From contig JAEOSZ010000018.1 in assembly GCA_016840095.1 (NCBI GenBank), positions 1 to 10,412 of the forward strand: a stretch of 10,412 bases of DNA, in the 5' to 3' direction. This document shows, one piece after another, positions 1 through 7,428 of this stretch (its first letter is position 1; every line of letters starts with the position of its first letter). This DNA comes from Candidatus Heimdallarchaeota archaeon (GTDB lineage: Archaea; Asgardarchaeota; Heimdallarchaeia; Heimdallarchaeales; Heimdallarchaeaceae). The translations under genes were made by a program, and so were the position numbers. The notes beneath the pieces were generated by a model. It made no database searches, was not told the DNA's origin, and saw only the letters and a list, made by a program, of their open reading frames with translations.

Positions 1-2
1 AA

Positions 3-326
3 TCTGGACTCACAGAGGACATATTCATTGATCCAAAACATCCGTATACTTATGCACTCTTTGAAAGTATTCCTTCTCTTGAAAAAGATAAAACACGTCT
101 TGAAACAATTCCAGGAAACGTACCAAGATTGATTAATCCTCCAAAGGGTTGTCGTTTCCATCCAAGATGCAAATATGCAACAGAGATTTGCTCTCGTGTT
201 CGACCTCCTGAATATAAATTTGGTAGAGGACGTCGTGTCGCTTGTCACCACTTTGAAGAGTTAGACTTACACATCGATATGGAAGCGATTAGAGAAGCTA
301 AAGCTGTCGTTAAGGAGGAAGCATAA
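3..326 (+). CDS. oppD: Oligopeptide/dipeptide ABC transporter ATP-binding subunit, C-terminal part (OppD/DppD-like; 5'-truncated by window edge)
   Basis: The frame is open from base 3: SGLTEDIFIDPKHPYTYALFESIP...TIPGNVPRLINPPKGCRFHPRCKYATEIC...VACH. This is the oligo_HPY C-terminal domain with four Cys. It sits directly upstream of a second ATPase. The ORF-track start at 129 is internal. Confidence 0.9.
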   Translation, partial: SGLTEDIFIDPKHPYTYALFESIPSLEKDKTRLETIPGNVPRLINPPKGCRFHPRCKYATEICSRVRPPEYKFGRGRRVACHHFEELDLHIDMEAIREAKAVVKEEA

Positions 327-327
327 A

Positions 328-1365
328 ATGACAACACTAGAACAATATGAAACTGTAGATCTCTTCTCAAAATGGGATGCAAAAACACAACCAATTATCA
401 CTTTAGATAATCTTAAGAAGTGGTTCCCAGTCAGCCAACAAGCTGTACTTTTCTCTAAAGTGGTTGCAAACATCAAGGCTGTAGATGGAGTTAATCTCTT
501 TCTAAACAAAGGTGAAACTCTGGGATTAGTTGGTGAATCTGGTTGTGGTAAAAGCACAACTGCAAGAGTTACTGTAAAGTTAGAAGAACCTACTGAAGGA
601 TCTGTATATTTCAAAGGTATAGACATTTTCCAGCCTATGACTCGTGAGGAAGAATTAGCAGTAAAACGTCAGTTACAGATGGTTTTCCAAGATCCTTATT
701 CAAGTTTGAATCCAAGAAGAATGGTTCTTGATCTTATTAAAGAGCCATTTGATATTCATTATCCTGATATGCTCTATGAGGAAAAAGAATCAAGGGTTCT
801 TGAAATTCTTGCTAAAGTAGGATTGGAAGATTATCATGCCTTGAGATATCCCCATGAGTTTAGTGGTGGACAAAGACAAAGATTAGGAATTGCAAGAGCA
901 TTAGCTATTCATCCAGAAGTTATATTGCTTGATGAACCAGTTTCAGCTCTTGATGTATCTGTACAAGCTCAAATCTTAAACCTCTTACATGACTTGCAAA
1001 AAGATTTCAATCTAACTTTCATGTTCATTGCACACGATCTAAGTGTTATCAAACATGTTTCTGATAGGGTAGCAGTAATGTATCTAGGAAAAATTATGGA
1101 AATGTGTCCAACAGGAGAACTTTTCCGTAAGACAGCTCATCCATATGCTGTGTCTTTACTTTCAGCTATTCCTCGACCAGATCCTCGTATCAAAATGGAT
1201 CGTATTATTCTTGAAGGAGATGTTCCAAGTCCAATAAATCCTCCTACAGGATGTCCATTCCATCCAAGATGTTACAAGGCACAGGAGATATGTTCGCAAG
1301 TTACTCCATCATTAGAGGAACTAGAACCGGATCATTATGTGTCATGTCATTTTCCAGAAATCTAA
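328..1365 (+). CDS. oppF: Oligopeptide/dipeptide ABC transporter ATP-binding subunit (OppF/DppF-like)
   Basis: Walker A GESGCGKST, Q-loop VFQDP, signature FSGGQRQR, Walker B ILLDE, H-loop IAHD, and C-terminal HPY...GCPFHPRC...C...CH. An AAGGAGG SD-like sequence lies upstream within the end of the previous gene. Confidence 0.95.
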   Translation: MTTLEQYETVDLFSKWDAKTQPIITLDNLKKWFPVSQQAVLFSKVVANIKAVDGVNLFLNKGETLGLVGESGCGKSTTARVTVKLEEPTEGSVYFKGIDIFQPMTREEELAVKRQLQMVFQDPYSSLNPRRMVLDLIKEPFDIHYPDMLYEEKESRVLEILAKVGLEDYHALRYPHEFSGGQRQRLGIARALAIHPEVILLDEPVSALDVSVQAQILNLLHDLQKDFNLTFMFIAHDLSVIKHVSDRVAVMYLGKIMEMCPTGELFRKTAHPYAVSLLSAIPRPDPRIKMDRIILEGDVPSPINPPTGCPFHPRCYKAQEICSQVTPSLEELEPDHYVSCHFPEI

Positions 1366-1402
1366 TTTTTCCCTCTTTTCCTTTTATTTTTTCATTTTTT
1401 TT
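1366..1402 (+). terminator. Archaeal-type oligo-T terminator of the opp operon
   Basis: Pyrimidine tract with several T4-T8 runs directly after the TAA stop; no GC-rich hairpin. Confidence 0.6.
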
Positions 1403-1410
1403 GAACTACA

Positions 1411-1424
1411 CGAGAATTTTTTAA
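1411..1424 (+). promoter_or_regulatory. BRE/TATA promoter of the AhpD-like gene
   Basis: CGAGAA followed by TTTTTTAA, ending about 24 nt before ATG 1448, which fits a leaderless archaeal transcript. Confidence 0.5.
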
Positions 1425-1447
1425 TGTACTAATTTGTGAAAATCATA

Positions 1448-2026
1448 ATGCATGGTGCACAGTACTTTAAGAAACGAACTTATTCTTTCAAATCCTTTAG
1501 ACAAGATATCTCCTATATGCGTAGGAATAGGTCCAAACTAAAAGAATATCGGAAAGCAAAGAGATTAACTCCACAATTCAGAGAAAAAATAATGTTAGTA
1601 GTCACTGCAGTTAACGAATGTAGATATTGTGAATGGGGTCATTCAATTTTAGCTTTAAACTATGGTTGTACTGAGGAACAGATAGAGCAAATTATGGAAC
1701 ATGATTTTGATTCTTGTGATCCAGAAGAAGTAATAGCGCTTGCTTATGCACAACATTATGCTGAAACAGGAGGATTACCTACTGAAGAAGCAAAACAGAA
1801 GTTAGTTGAATTCTATGGAGAACAAAAAGCTCAAGATATTCAATTAAGTATAAACATGGTTACGATAGGAAATTTACTTGGAAATACAATAGATGCATTT
1901 GAAAGCAGGTTTAAGGGATTGCCCCCAGAAAATGGATCATTTTTACTTGAATTATTTCTCTATTCTATAGGTTGGCCTTTTGTAATATTGATGAAAATAA
2001 AAATGAAAAAGAAGTATAAGAATTAG
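1448..2026 (+). CDS. Carboxymuconolactone decarboxylase / AhpD-family (alkylhydroperoxidase-core) protein with C-terminal hydrophobic segment
   Basis: Contains E-x-I-x-L-x-V-x-x-V-N-E-CRYC-EWGH, the AhpD CxxCxxxH core. ATG 1448 is preferred over GTG 1436 on TATA spacing. It overlaps the convergent dehydrogenase gene by 4 bp (TTAG). Confidence 0.85.
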   Translation: MHGAQYFKKRTYSFKSFRQDISYMRRNRSKLKEYRKAKRLTPQFREKIMLVVTAVNECRYCEWGHSILALNYGCTEEQIEQIMEHDFDSCDPEEVIALAYAQHYAETGGLPTEEAKQKLVEFYGEQKAQDIQLSINMVTIGNLLGNTIDAFESRFKGLPPENGSFLLELFLYSIGWPFVILMKIKMKKKYKN

Positions 2027-3048
2027 TATCCATCGTCTAAATTAACTTCGTTTATGAACTCATTCTTTCCTTTTGCAAATCTTATTATGTTTTTAATCTG
2101 TTCATCCCACCGTTTCAAATCACTCATGGGTGAAGCACCTCTGTGTGGAGATAAAATTACGTTTTCTAGAAAGTAAAAGGGAAACTTTGATGGGAATTTC
2201 CTTCCTTGTTCATCTTCTTCTGGTTGATAATCATACCAAACATCTATGGCCGCTCCAGCAATCTTCTCTTCCCTCAATACCTCAAATAAGCTCTCTTCGT
2301 CTATGATTGGTCCTCTTCCTATATTTACAAGATAACTATCTTTACCAAGCATTTCAAGTTCTTCTCTTTGGATTAAACCTTCAGTTACAGATGTCAAAGG
2401 AACCGCAATAATCAAGATATCAATTTCTTCAAGAAAAGTTGGAAGATCTTCAAAACTATATCTTGTTACAGGTGTTGGTAAAGGTTCTTTTTGCTTATCC
2501 CAATTCTTTCGAAGTATAGAAAATTTAACATCAAATCCAGCTAAAAATGTGTGAACTAACTTATTAACGGCTCCATATCCTAGCAGCCCAACTTTTTTTC
2601 CTCGTAAAGGAGTAGACGTAGCATGAGCATCTCCTCGTCTCCAAAGCCCATCAACCATCCAGTTATGGTGAAGTATTACTTTATTCATTAAGGAGAGTAA
2701 AATTGCTACAACATGCTGAGCAGTGAAATAGGCATTACCATGTCCATTAACTAGAATCAATTTCCTTCTCTCATTTACTTCTTTAAAGAGAGGAATAAGA
2801 TGTTGTACTCCCGCGCCTGGATTAAGGAAAAGTTTGGCATTCACAGCAGCTTCAAGTAGTTCTTTTGATGGTCTCCACCCCATAATAATATCTGCTTTAG
2901 GTGCTAATTCCAAAAGAGTTTCATCAGATAAATCTGGAGGAACAATTAATTTAACTTGAGGATACCTCTTTAATCCTTTATCTAAATACTTCTTTAGCTT
3001 CTCATTTGGTTGCCAAATACATAAGACGTTGACATCTTTACTGCTCAT
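2023..3048 (-). CDS. D-isomer-specific 2-hydroxyacid dehydrogenase family protein (NAD(P)-binding)
   Basis: GAGV substrate-domain motif, Rossmann GLLGYGAVN, VPLT..T.GLI, NIGRG (catalytic Arg), AAIDVW, and SPHRG (catalytic His). Confidence 0.92.
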   Translation of the reverse strand: MSSKDVNVLCIWQPNEKLKKYLDKGLKRYPQVKLIVPPDLSDETLLELAPKADIIMGWRPSKELLEAAVNAKLFLNPGAGVQHLIPLFKEVNERRKLILVNGHGNAYFTAQHVVAILLSLMNKVILHHNWMVDGLWRRGDAHATSTPLRGKKVGLLGYGAVNKLVHTFLAGFDVKFSILRKNWDKQKEPLPTPVTRYSFEDLPTFLEEIDILIIAVPLTSVTEGLIQREELEMLGKDSYLVNIGRGPIIDEESLFEVLREEKIAGAAIDVWYDYQPEEDEQGRKFPSKFPFYFLENVILSPHRGASPMSDLKRWDEQIKNIIRFAKGKNEFINEVNLDDGY

Positions 3049-3104
3049 TGAATTGAAAAATAATGACCGAATTATTAACCTTATCCTTAATAACTGTCTA
3101 AGTA

Positions 3105-3135
3105 AACCTCTTAATGTTCATACGAACATGAGGTT
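3105..3135 (+). promoter_or_regulatory. Inverted repeat/hairpin overlapping the SD of the TIGR04076-like gene
   Basis: AACCTC-tta-ATGTTC-atac-GAACAT-GAGGTT gives 6+6 bp of pairing. GAGGT (3130-3134) is the SD of ATG 3142. Confidence 0.5.
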
Positions 3136-3141
3136 AGAACA

Positions 3142-3450
3142 ATGCCAAAAGTAAAAGTAACAGTAATCAAACTAATTAATCCAGATGATATCTTTGAAGA
3201 TGGGTTTATGCACCCTAAAGGAGATAGAATTAAGACATGTACTGCTTTTAATGAAGGAGATGAATTCATAATTGATAATCTGAATAAACCCGAAAAATTC
3301 TGTGGTTGGGCTTGGAGAGATATCTTCAAAGATCTATCAGTTCTCAATTTTGGTGGAGATTTTCCTTGGACTCCAAAAGGAGAAGCAATCACTTGTTGTA
3401 CAGACGGTATGAGACCAGTAATCTTCAAATTAGAAAGAATCGAAGAATAG
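3142..3450 (+). CDS. TIGR04076-like small Cys-rich protein (paralog 1)
   Basis: KVKVTVIK...C..F..GDEF...P..FCGWAW...GG.FP...CCTDGMRPVIFKLER pattern, with a GAGGT SD upstream. Confidence 0.85.
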   Translation: MPKVKVTVIKLINPDDIFEDGFMHPKGDRIKTCTAFNEGDEFIIDNLNKPEKFCGWAWRDIFKDLSVLNFGGDFPWTPKGEAITCCTDGMRPVIFKLERIEE

Positions 3451-3491
3451 AGTATCTTTATCATAATCCATTTATTGAATTCCAGCAAGAA

Positions 3492-4250
3492 TCATAATTG
3501 TAGTTCAAGATATTCAATGAGTTCATTTAATAATTTAACAAATTCTGGATTTATTGTTAGTAATAATTCGATGAAGTTTGCAATATCTCCAGGATCTACA
3601 TCTGTTTCTTGCAAAGCTTTTTCAAATTTCGCTAAACTTTCGAATAATTTCTTGGAATGAGATTGTCCAATCTGTACATAACGCTTGTAAAAATCTTGAA
3701 TTCTTTCAGATTTTAATTTTGAATCAACATGAGGTACTAATCTAGCCATAGCTGAAAAAGCATTTTCAATTTTTTCATATTCCTCATAATCTATTCTAAA
3801 AATTAATACCTGGGCAGTTCTCCCATAATATGATACATTGTGTCTGCCTTCACGAAGAATTGCTACTGTTTGAATAAGTCCAACTTCTTCTAATTTCTGT
3901 ATGTGAAAATACAAATTATGCAAACTAATATCGAATTCATTCCAGTTAATGCCTTGAATATCCCTTTTCTCTTCTTTATAGACACCTATTCTATGGTAAA
4001 TTTCCTGAGCATTCAAAGCTCTTCTTATTGATATTTTATCTGATTCCTCTTCAATTTCCTCTTTTATTCCCTCACCTAAAGCTTTGAGTATTACTTGTCT
4101 TGCAGTATGAGCATAATAAATCTTCTCAGCATCCTTCACAAATTGTATTCTTGGAAGTGATTCCCAAAAAGTATAAAGAATTTGGCGATCTCTAGGATCA
4201 AATTTTACAGGGATATTATCTACCATCTTAATTCCTTCTAAAATCCTCAT
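3492..4250 (-). CDS. Winged helix-turn-helix (ArsR-like) transcriptional regulator with helical C-terminal domain
   Basis: ARQVILKAL...ALNAQEI...SLHNLYFHIQKLEEVGLIQ...GRHNVSYYGRTA gives the recognition helix plus wing. The gene is divergent from the MBL operon. The start could be ATG 4226 (MVDNIP), which is preceded by AAGGA. Confidence 0.75.
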   Translation of the reverse strand: MRILEGIKMVDNIPVKFDPRDRQILYTFWESLPRIQFVKDAEKIYYAHTARQVILKALGEGIKEEIEEESDKISIRRALNAQEIYHRIGVYKEEKRDIQGINWNEFDISLHNLYFHIQKLEEVGLIQTVAILREGRHNVSYYGRTAQVLIFRIDYEEYEKIENAFSAMARLVPHVDSKLKSERIQDFYKRYVQIGQSHSKKLFESLAKFEKALQETDVDPGDIANFIELLLTINPEFVKLLNELIEYLELQL

Positions 4251-4309
4251 CTTTTAATTTTTGCATTAGTTGAGATTTCTATACAAATATTCGCACAACC
4301 AATAATATA

Positions 4310-4340
4310 TTTTACGGTTAAAATAATTTTAACGGTAAAA
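4310..4340. promoter_or_regulatory. Tandem palindromic operator (2 x TTTTA-N4-TAAAA) abutting the TATA box
   Basis: TTTTACGGTTAAAA (4310-4323) and TTTTAACGGTAAAA (4327-4340). The whole 31-mer is an inverted repeat with 14/15 matching arms. TATA-like TTTTTAAA follows at 4344-4351. Confidence 0.65.
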
Positions 4341-4372
4341 ATATTTTTAAATGTTCGTTCTTCTTTGTGTGT

Positions 4373-5296
4373 ATGATTGGTCGTTATGTTGAAATCGGAG
4401 ATAGAATAGTTGTATTAGAGAATGAATATGATGCAAATCTAACGTGTATTTCCTCTGAAGAGGGGTTAATTTTCGTAGATACTGGTCGCAGAGATAATCT
4501 TGCATTGAAATTTAGAAAAGATATGGAACAAAAATTCAATAAAGAAACATCACATCTTCTTATTACACACTACCATTTTGATCATTATGGAGCTATGGCA
4601 GTTTTTAATGATGTTGAAATTATTGCTGCACAATCAGGTTACAAAGATTTCTCATTGGCTCTTCAAACGTATTTAACTAAAGAAAAAAGGAGAGAAGATG
4701 TAAACGAGTGGAAAGAAGAGTATAGAAAAAACAACATAGAACCAGATGCAGGCAGGTTACTTCATTGGGAATATTATCCAAGAAACGAGATATTTCTCCC
4801 AACAAAACAAGTTAAGGATGAGTTGATTTTAGGTAATGATTCTGAAAAAATAGTTTTCAAAGTTGTTGGGGGGCACTCAAAATGTACAGCTCATGTGTAT
4901 ATTCCATTTGAAGCTGTTGTCCACGTTAGTGATAATCTTGCTACTGATTCAAATGGTAATGATGGTGTTTTTCTTGGACATTCAATGTTCTTCTATAGAC
5001 CGGGAATAAGTAGTAAAACAATCGACATTCTTGAGCAAATCAGTAGTTCTCCAATCGAAACTACTATTCCAGGGCATGGACCAGTAATTAACAAAGAGCA
5101 AACTACAAGAATCACCAAATATCTGAGAGACTTCAATATAATCATTCGTTCTTCTATTAATGAAGGATTAAGTTTAGATGAACTAATCAACGATTCAAGA
5201 TTCACGACCTTTTATGATACAAAACCAGATTATTGGTCAACAATAATCCAAAGACAATATAATCTCATATCTGAGGAGATTCAAATTAAAAAATAA
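4373..5296 (+). CDS. MBL-fold metallo-hydrolase (cyclase/glyoxalase II-like)
   Basis: VDTG, THYHFDH (HxHxDH), GGHS, SDNL and IPGHG motifs. ATG 4373 lies 22 nt after the TATA box (leaderless) and is preferred to the ORF-track GTG 4367. Confidence 0.9.
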   Translation: MIGRYVEIGDRIVVLENEYDANLTCISSEEGLIFVDTGRRDNLALKFRKDMEQKFNKETSHLLITHYHFDHYGAMAVFNDVEIIAAQSGYKDFSLALQTYLTKEKRREDVNEWKEEYRKNNIEPDAGRLLHWEYYPRNEIFLPTKQVKDELILGNDSEKIVFKVVGGHSKCTAHVYIPFEAVVHVSDNLATDSNGNDGVFLGHSMFFYRPGISSKTIDILEQISSSPIETTIPGHGPVINKEQTTRITKYLRDFNIIIRSSINEGLSLDELINDSRFTTFYDTKPDYWSTIIQRQYNLISEEIQIKK

Positions 5297-5316
5297 GGAA
5301 ATTATAGGTGAAAATA

Positions 5317-5628
5317 ATGTCAAAAGTGAAAATAACAGTAATAAAAAAATATGGTCCTAAAGATATTCTTGGACACGAATTTATCAGACCAAATGGTAAA
5401 CCCATTCCAATCTGTTCTTTCGGAATTGGTGAAGAATTTATTGTTGATGAGTCTGGTAACATGCCAGAAAACTTCTGTCATCATGCTTGGTTTGGATTGT
5501 ACAAAAATGTTCAAGTTCTAAAATATGGTGGAGGATTTCCTGAATGGACTGGTGAAGGAACCATTTACAATGCATGTCCAGATGGAATCAGACCTGTCAT
5601 CTTCAAGCTAGAGAGACTAGAAGACTGA
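5317..5628 (+). CDS. TIGR04076-like small Cys-rich protein (paralog 2)
   Basis: About 50% identical to 3142-3450 by my hand alignment (about 52/104); C...FCHHAW...ACPDGIRPVIFKLER. The AGGTGA SD at 5306-5311 and alignment with paralog 1 favour ATG 5317. Confidence 0.85.
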   Translation: MSKVKITVIKKYGPKDILGHEFIRPNGKPIPICSFGIGEEFIVDESGNMPENFCHHAWFGLYKNVQVLKYGGGFPEWTGEGTIYNACPDGIRPVIFKLERLED

Positions 5629-5652
5629 ATTTGCTTAACTAAGGTGAATTAA

Positions 5653-6054
5653 TTGAAATTTGATTCTGAGATAAGAAAGATTGAGGATATTGTCTATCTC
5701 TATATTGAAGGATTATATGATCGTAAGTTCAATTTGTTAGAAAAAGCATTTTGGAAAGAATCCAGGAATATTGGGATAACAGCTGAAAATGAGTTTTGGT
5801 TCAAAACGATGGAATTTTGGAAGAAAAAATGTTCAATCCCCCTAGAAAGCAAATTATCTGAAAACAGAGAAATTAGTATTGAATCTATTGATTACTGGCA
5901 CAACTCTGCAGTTGTGCGAGTGAAAATGGTAGTTACTCACCCTGAAAGAATATACGAATGCACAGATTTTCTTTCACTTCTGAAGATTGAGAATGAGTGG
6001 AAAATATTCAACAAGCTTTGGTCTGCAAGAAACATTGAAGCGGAAACAGTATAG
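5653..6054 (+). CDS. Nuclear transport factor 2 (NTF2/SnoaL-like, putative lumazine-binding-type) family protein
   Basis: Y.EG.Y..K..LLEKAF...SAVVRV...TDFLSLLKIENEWKIFNK pattern. The TTG start has an AAGGTGA SD at 5641-5647. Confidence 0.8.
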   Translation: MKFDSEIRKIEDIVYLYIEGLYDRKFNLLEKAFWKESRNIGITAENEFWFKTMEFWKKKCSIPLESKLSENREISIESIDYWHNSAVVRVKMVVTHPERIYECTDFLSLLKIENEWKIFNKLWSARNIEAETV

Positions 6055-6063
6055 AATCATGTA

Positions 6064-6076
6064 AGAAAGTTTTAAA
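6064..6076 (+). promoter_or_regulatory. BRE/TATA promoter of the PLP enzyme gene
   Basis: AGAAAG-TTTTAAA ends about 26 nt before ATG 6103. Confidence 0.5.
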
Positions 6077-6102
6077 CATACTAGAAAACAAATGTTGTTT
6101 AG

Positions 6103-7398
6103 ATGATGTTCAAGGAAGAACTTATTGATCAAATCAGAGCTGTATTCCCAAGAGCAGTTACTGATTATACAGGGCGTAAGCGTGCTTTCTTTGATAATGG
6201 AACAGCAACACTTGTAGTTGACAATGCTGCAAAAGCAGAAGCTGTAGCTAGAATCAATTGTAGTGCAAATGTTGGAGCTATTTTTAATGAATCCAAACTA
6301 GCAACCGATACAATTCAAATGGGAAGGCAAGCCATTACTGATTTCTTAAATGCCCCTAGTCCAGCTACTATTATCTCAGGAGAATCTGCAACGTCTTTAC
6401 TCTTTAACTTAAGTTATGCCTTAGGTAAGGAACTTACAGGTAATGAAAATATAGTAACAACAGATTATGAGCATTATACTAACGTTGATCCTTGGGTGGA
6501 GTTAGAACGAAGAGGGAAAGTGGATAAGGTTAGGTTTGCTAAGCTGAACATGGAAGAGGGAACACTAGATATGGACCATCTTCAAGAATTAATAGACTCT
6601 AACACAAAAATCGTCACAATAACTGGAGCTTCAAACATGCTAGGAACCATAAGTCCGTTAGAAGAAATTGGAAAACTAGCCAAAGAAGTTGAAGCTTACT
6701 TTATTATCGATGCAGTTCATCATATCCCTCATGGTCCAACTGATGTTCAAGCTCTAGATTGTGATTTTCTTGTTTTCTCAGGATACAAACTCTTTGCACC
6801 TCATGGAAGTTATCTCTATGGTAAAGAAGAACATCTTGAAAATCTCCAACCTTATAAAGTTAGAACTGCCCCAACAACACCACCTGGAAAGTATGAGTGG
6901 GGAACTAGAAATCAGGCAACTTTTGCAGCTATAAGTGGTGTAATGGAACATCTTCTTTGGATTTCTAGTGAAGTAGAAACTAATTACTCCAAAGAATATA
7001 GACAATTTGAGGATAACAAACGTGCATTGAAAATTGCAATGGATGCCATACAGAAGTACGAAACAGAGTTTTCCAAAGCTATACTTACAGGTTACGATGA
7101 TGCCCCAGGTTTGTTAGATATGCCTAAGGTTACTATATATGGTTTAACTGACTTAAACAGATTAAGTGAGAGAGACCCTACTTTTTCCTTTGAGGTAGAA
7201 AATGTTCCTGAAGAAAAAATAGTAAATCATCTATGGAAAGAAGGTGGGATTGCAGCTCGCGCTGGTCATTATTACTCTTATGCTCAAGATATTTACAATA
7301 AGCAAAAAATCGTTAGAATTAGTTTGGTACACTATAACACTCTTGAGGAAATCAAAACATTTCTAAAAACTCTAGATGAGTTATGTAAACAAAATTAG
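6103..7398 (+). CDS. Class-V PLP-dependent enzyme, cysteine desulfurase-like (VC1184/TIGR01976-type, no catalytic Cys)
   Basis: IRAVFP...FFDNG, EHYTNV.PW, ASNMLGT, IDAVH, FSGYKLF (PLP Lys), E.GT, and RISLVHYNT. RAGHYY stands where SufS has RAGHHC. Confidence 0.88.
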   Translation: MMFKEELIDQIRAVFPRAVTDYTGRKRAFFDNGTATLVVDNAAKAEAVARINCSANVGAIFNESKLATDTIQMGRQAITDFLNAPSPATIISGESATSLLFNLSYALGKELTGNENIVTTDYEHYTNVDPWVELERRGKVDKVRFAKLNMEEGTLDMDHLQELIDSNTKIVTITGASNMLGTISPLEEIGKLAKEVEAYFIIDAVHHIPHGPTDVQALDCDFLVFSGYKLFAPHGSYLYGKEEHLENLQPYKVRTAPTTPPGKYEWGTRNQATFAAISGVMEHLLWISSEVETNYSKEYRQFEDNKRALKIAMDAIQKYETEFSKAILTGYDDAPGLLDMPKVTIYGLTDLNRLSERDPTFSFEVENVPEEKIVNHLWKEGGIAARAGHYYSYAQDIYNKQKIVRISLVHYNTLEEIKTFLKTLDELCKQN

Positions 7399-7428
7399 GA
7401 TACATTTTACTGGTAAATAGATAGATGG

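Noticed and set aside
267-626. 119-aa minus-strand ORF
   Set aside because: Antisense shadow of the ABC ATPase Walker A region; no independent motifs.
3114-3129. LexA/SOS box
   Set aside because: The Firmicutes box is GAAC-N4-GTTC; this one has the opposite half-site order and the context is archaeal.
3111-3660. ORFs 3111-3488 (-), 3306-3497 (+) and 3475-3660 (+)
   Set aside because: They overlap well-supported genes in other frames or strands, and their Ser-rich composition is typical of shadow ORFs.
4993-5514. Minus-strand ORFs 4993-5205 and 5320-5514
   Set aside because: Antisense to the MBL and TIGR04076-like genes; no motifs.
5626-5652. TGA read-through (selenocysteine) at the end of Cys-rich paralog 2
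   Set aside because: The TGA aligns with the TAG stop of paralog 1, not with a Cys, and TAA follows 8 codons later.
6778-7005. 75-aa minus-strand ORF
   Set aside because: Antisense within the PLP enzyme gene.
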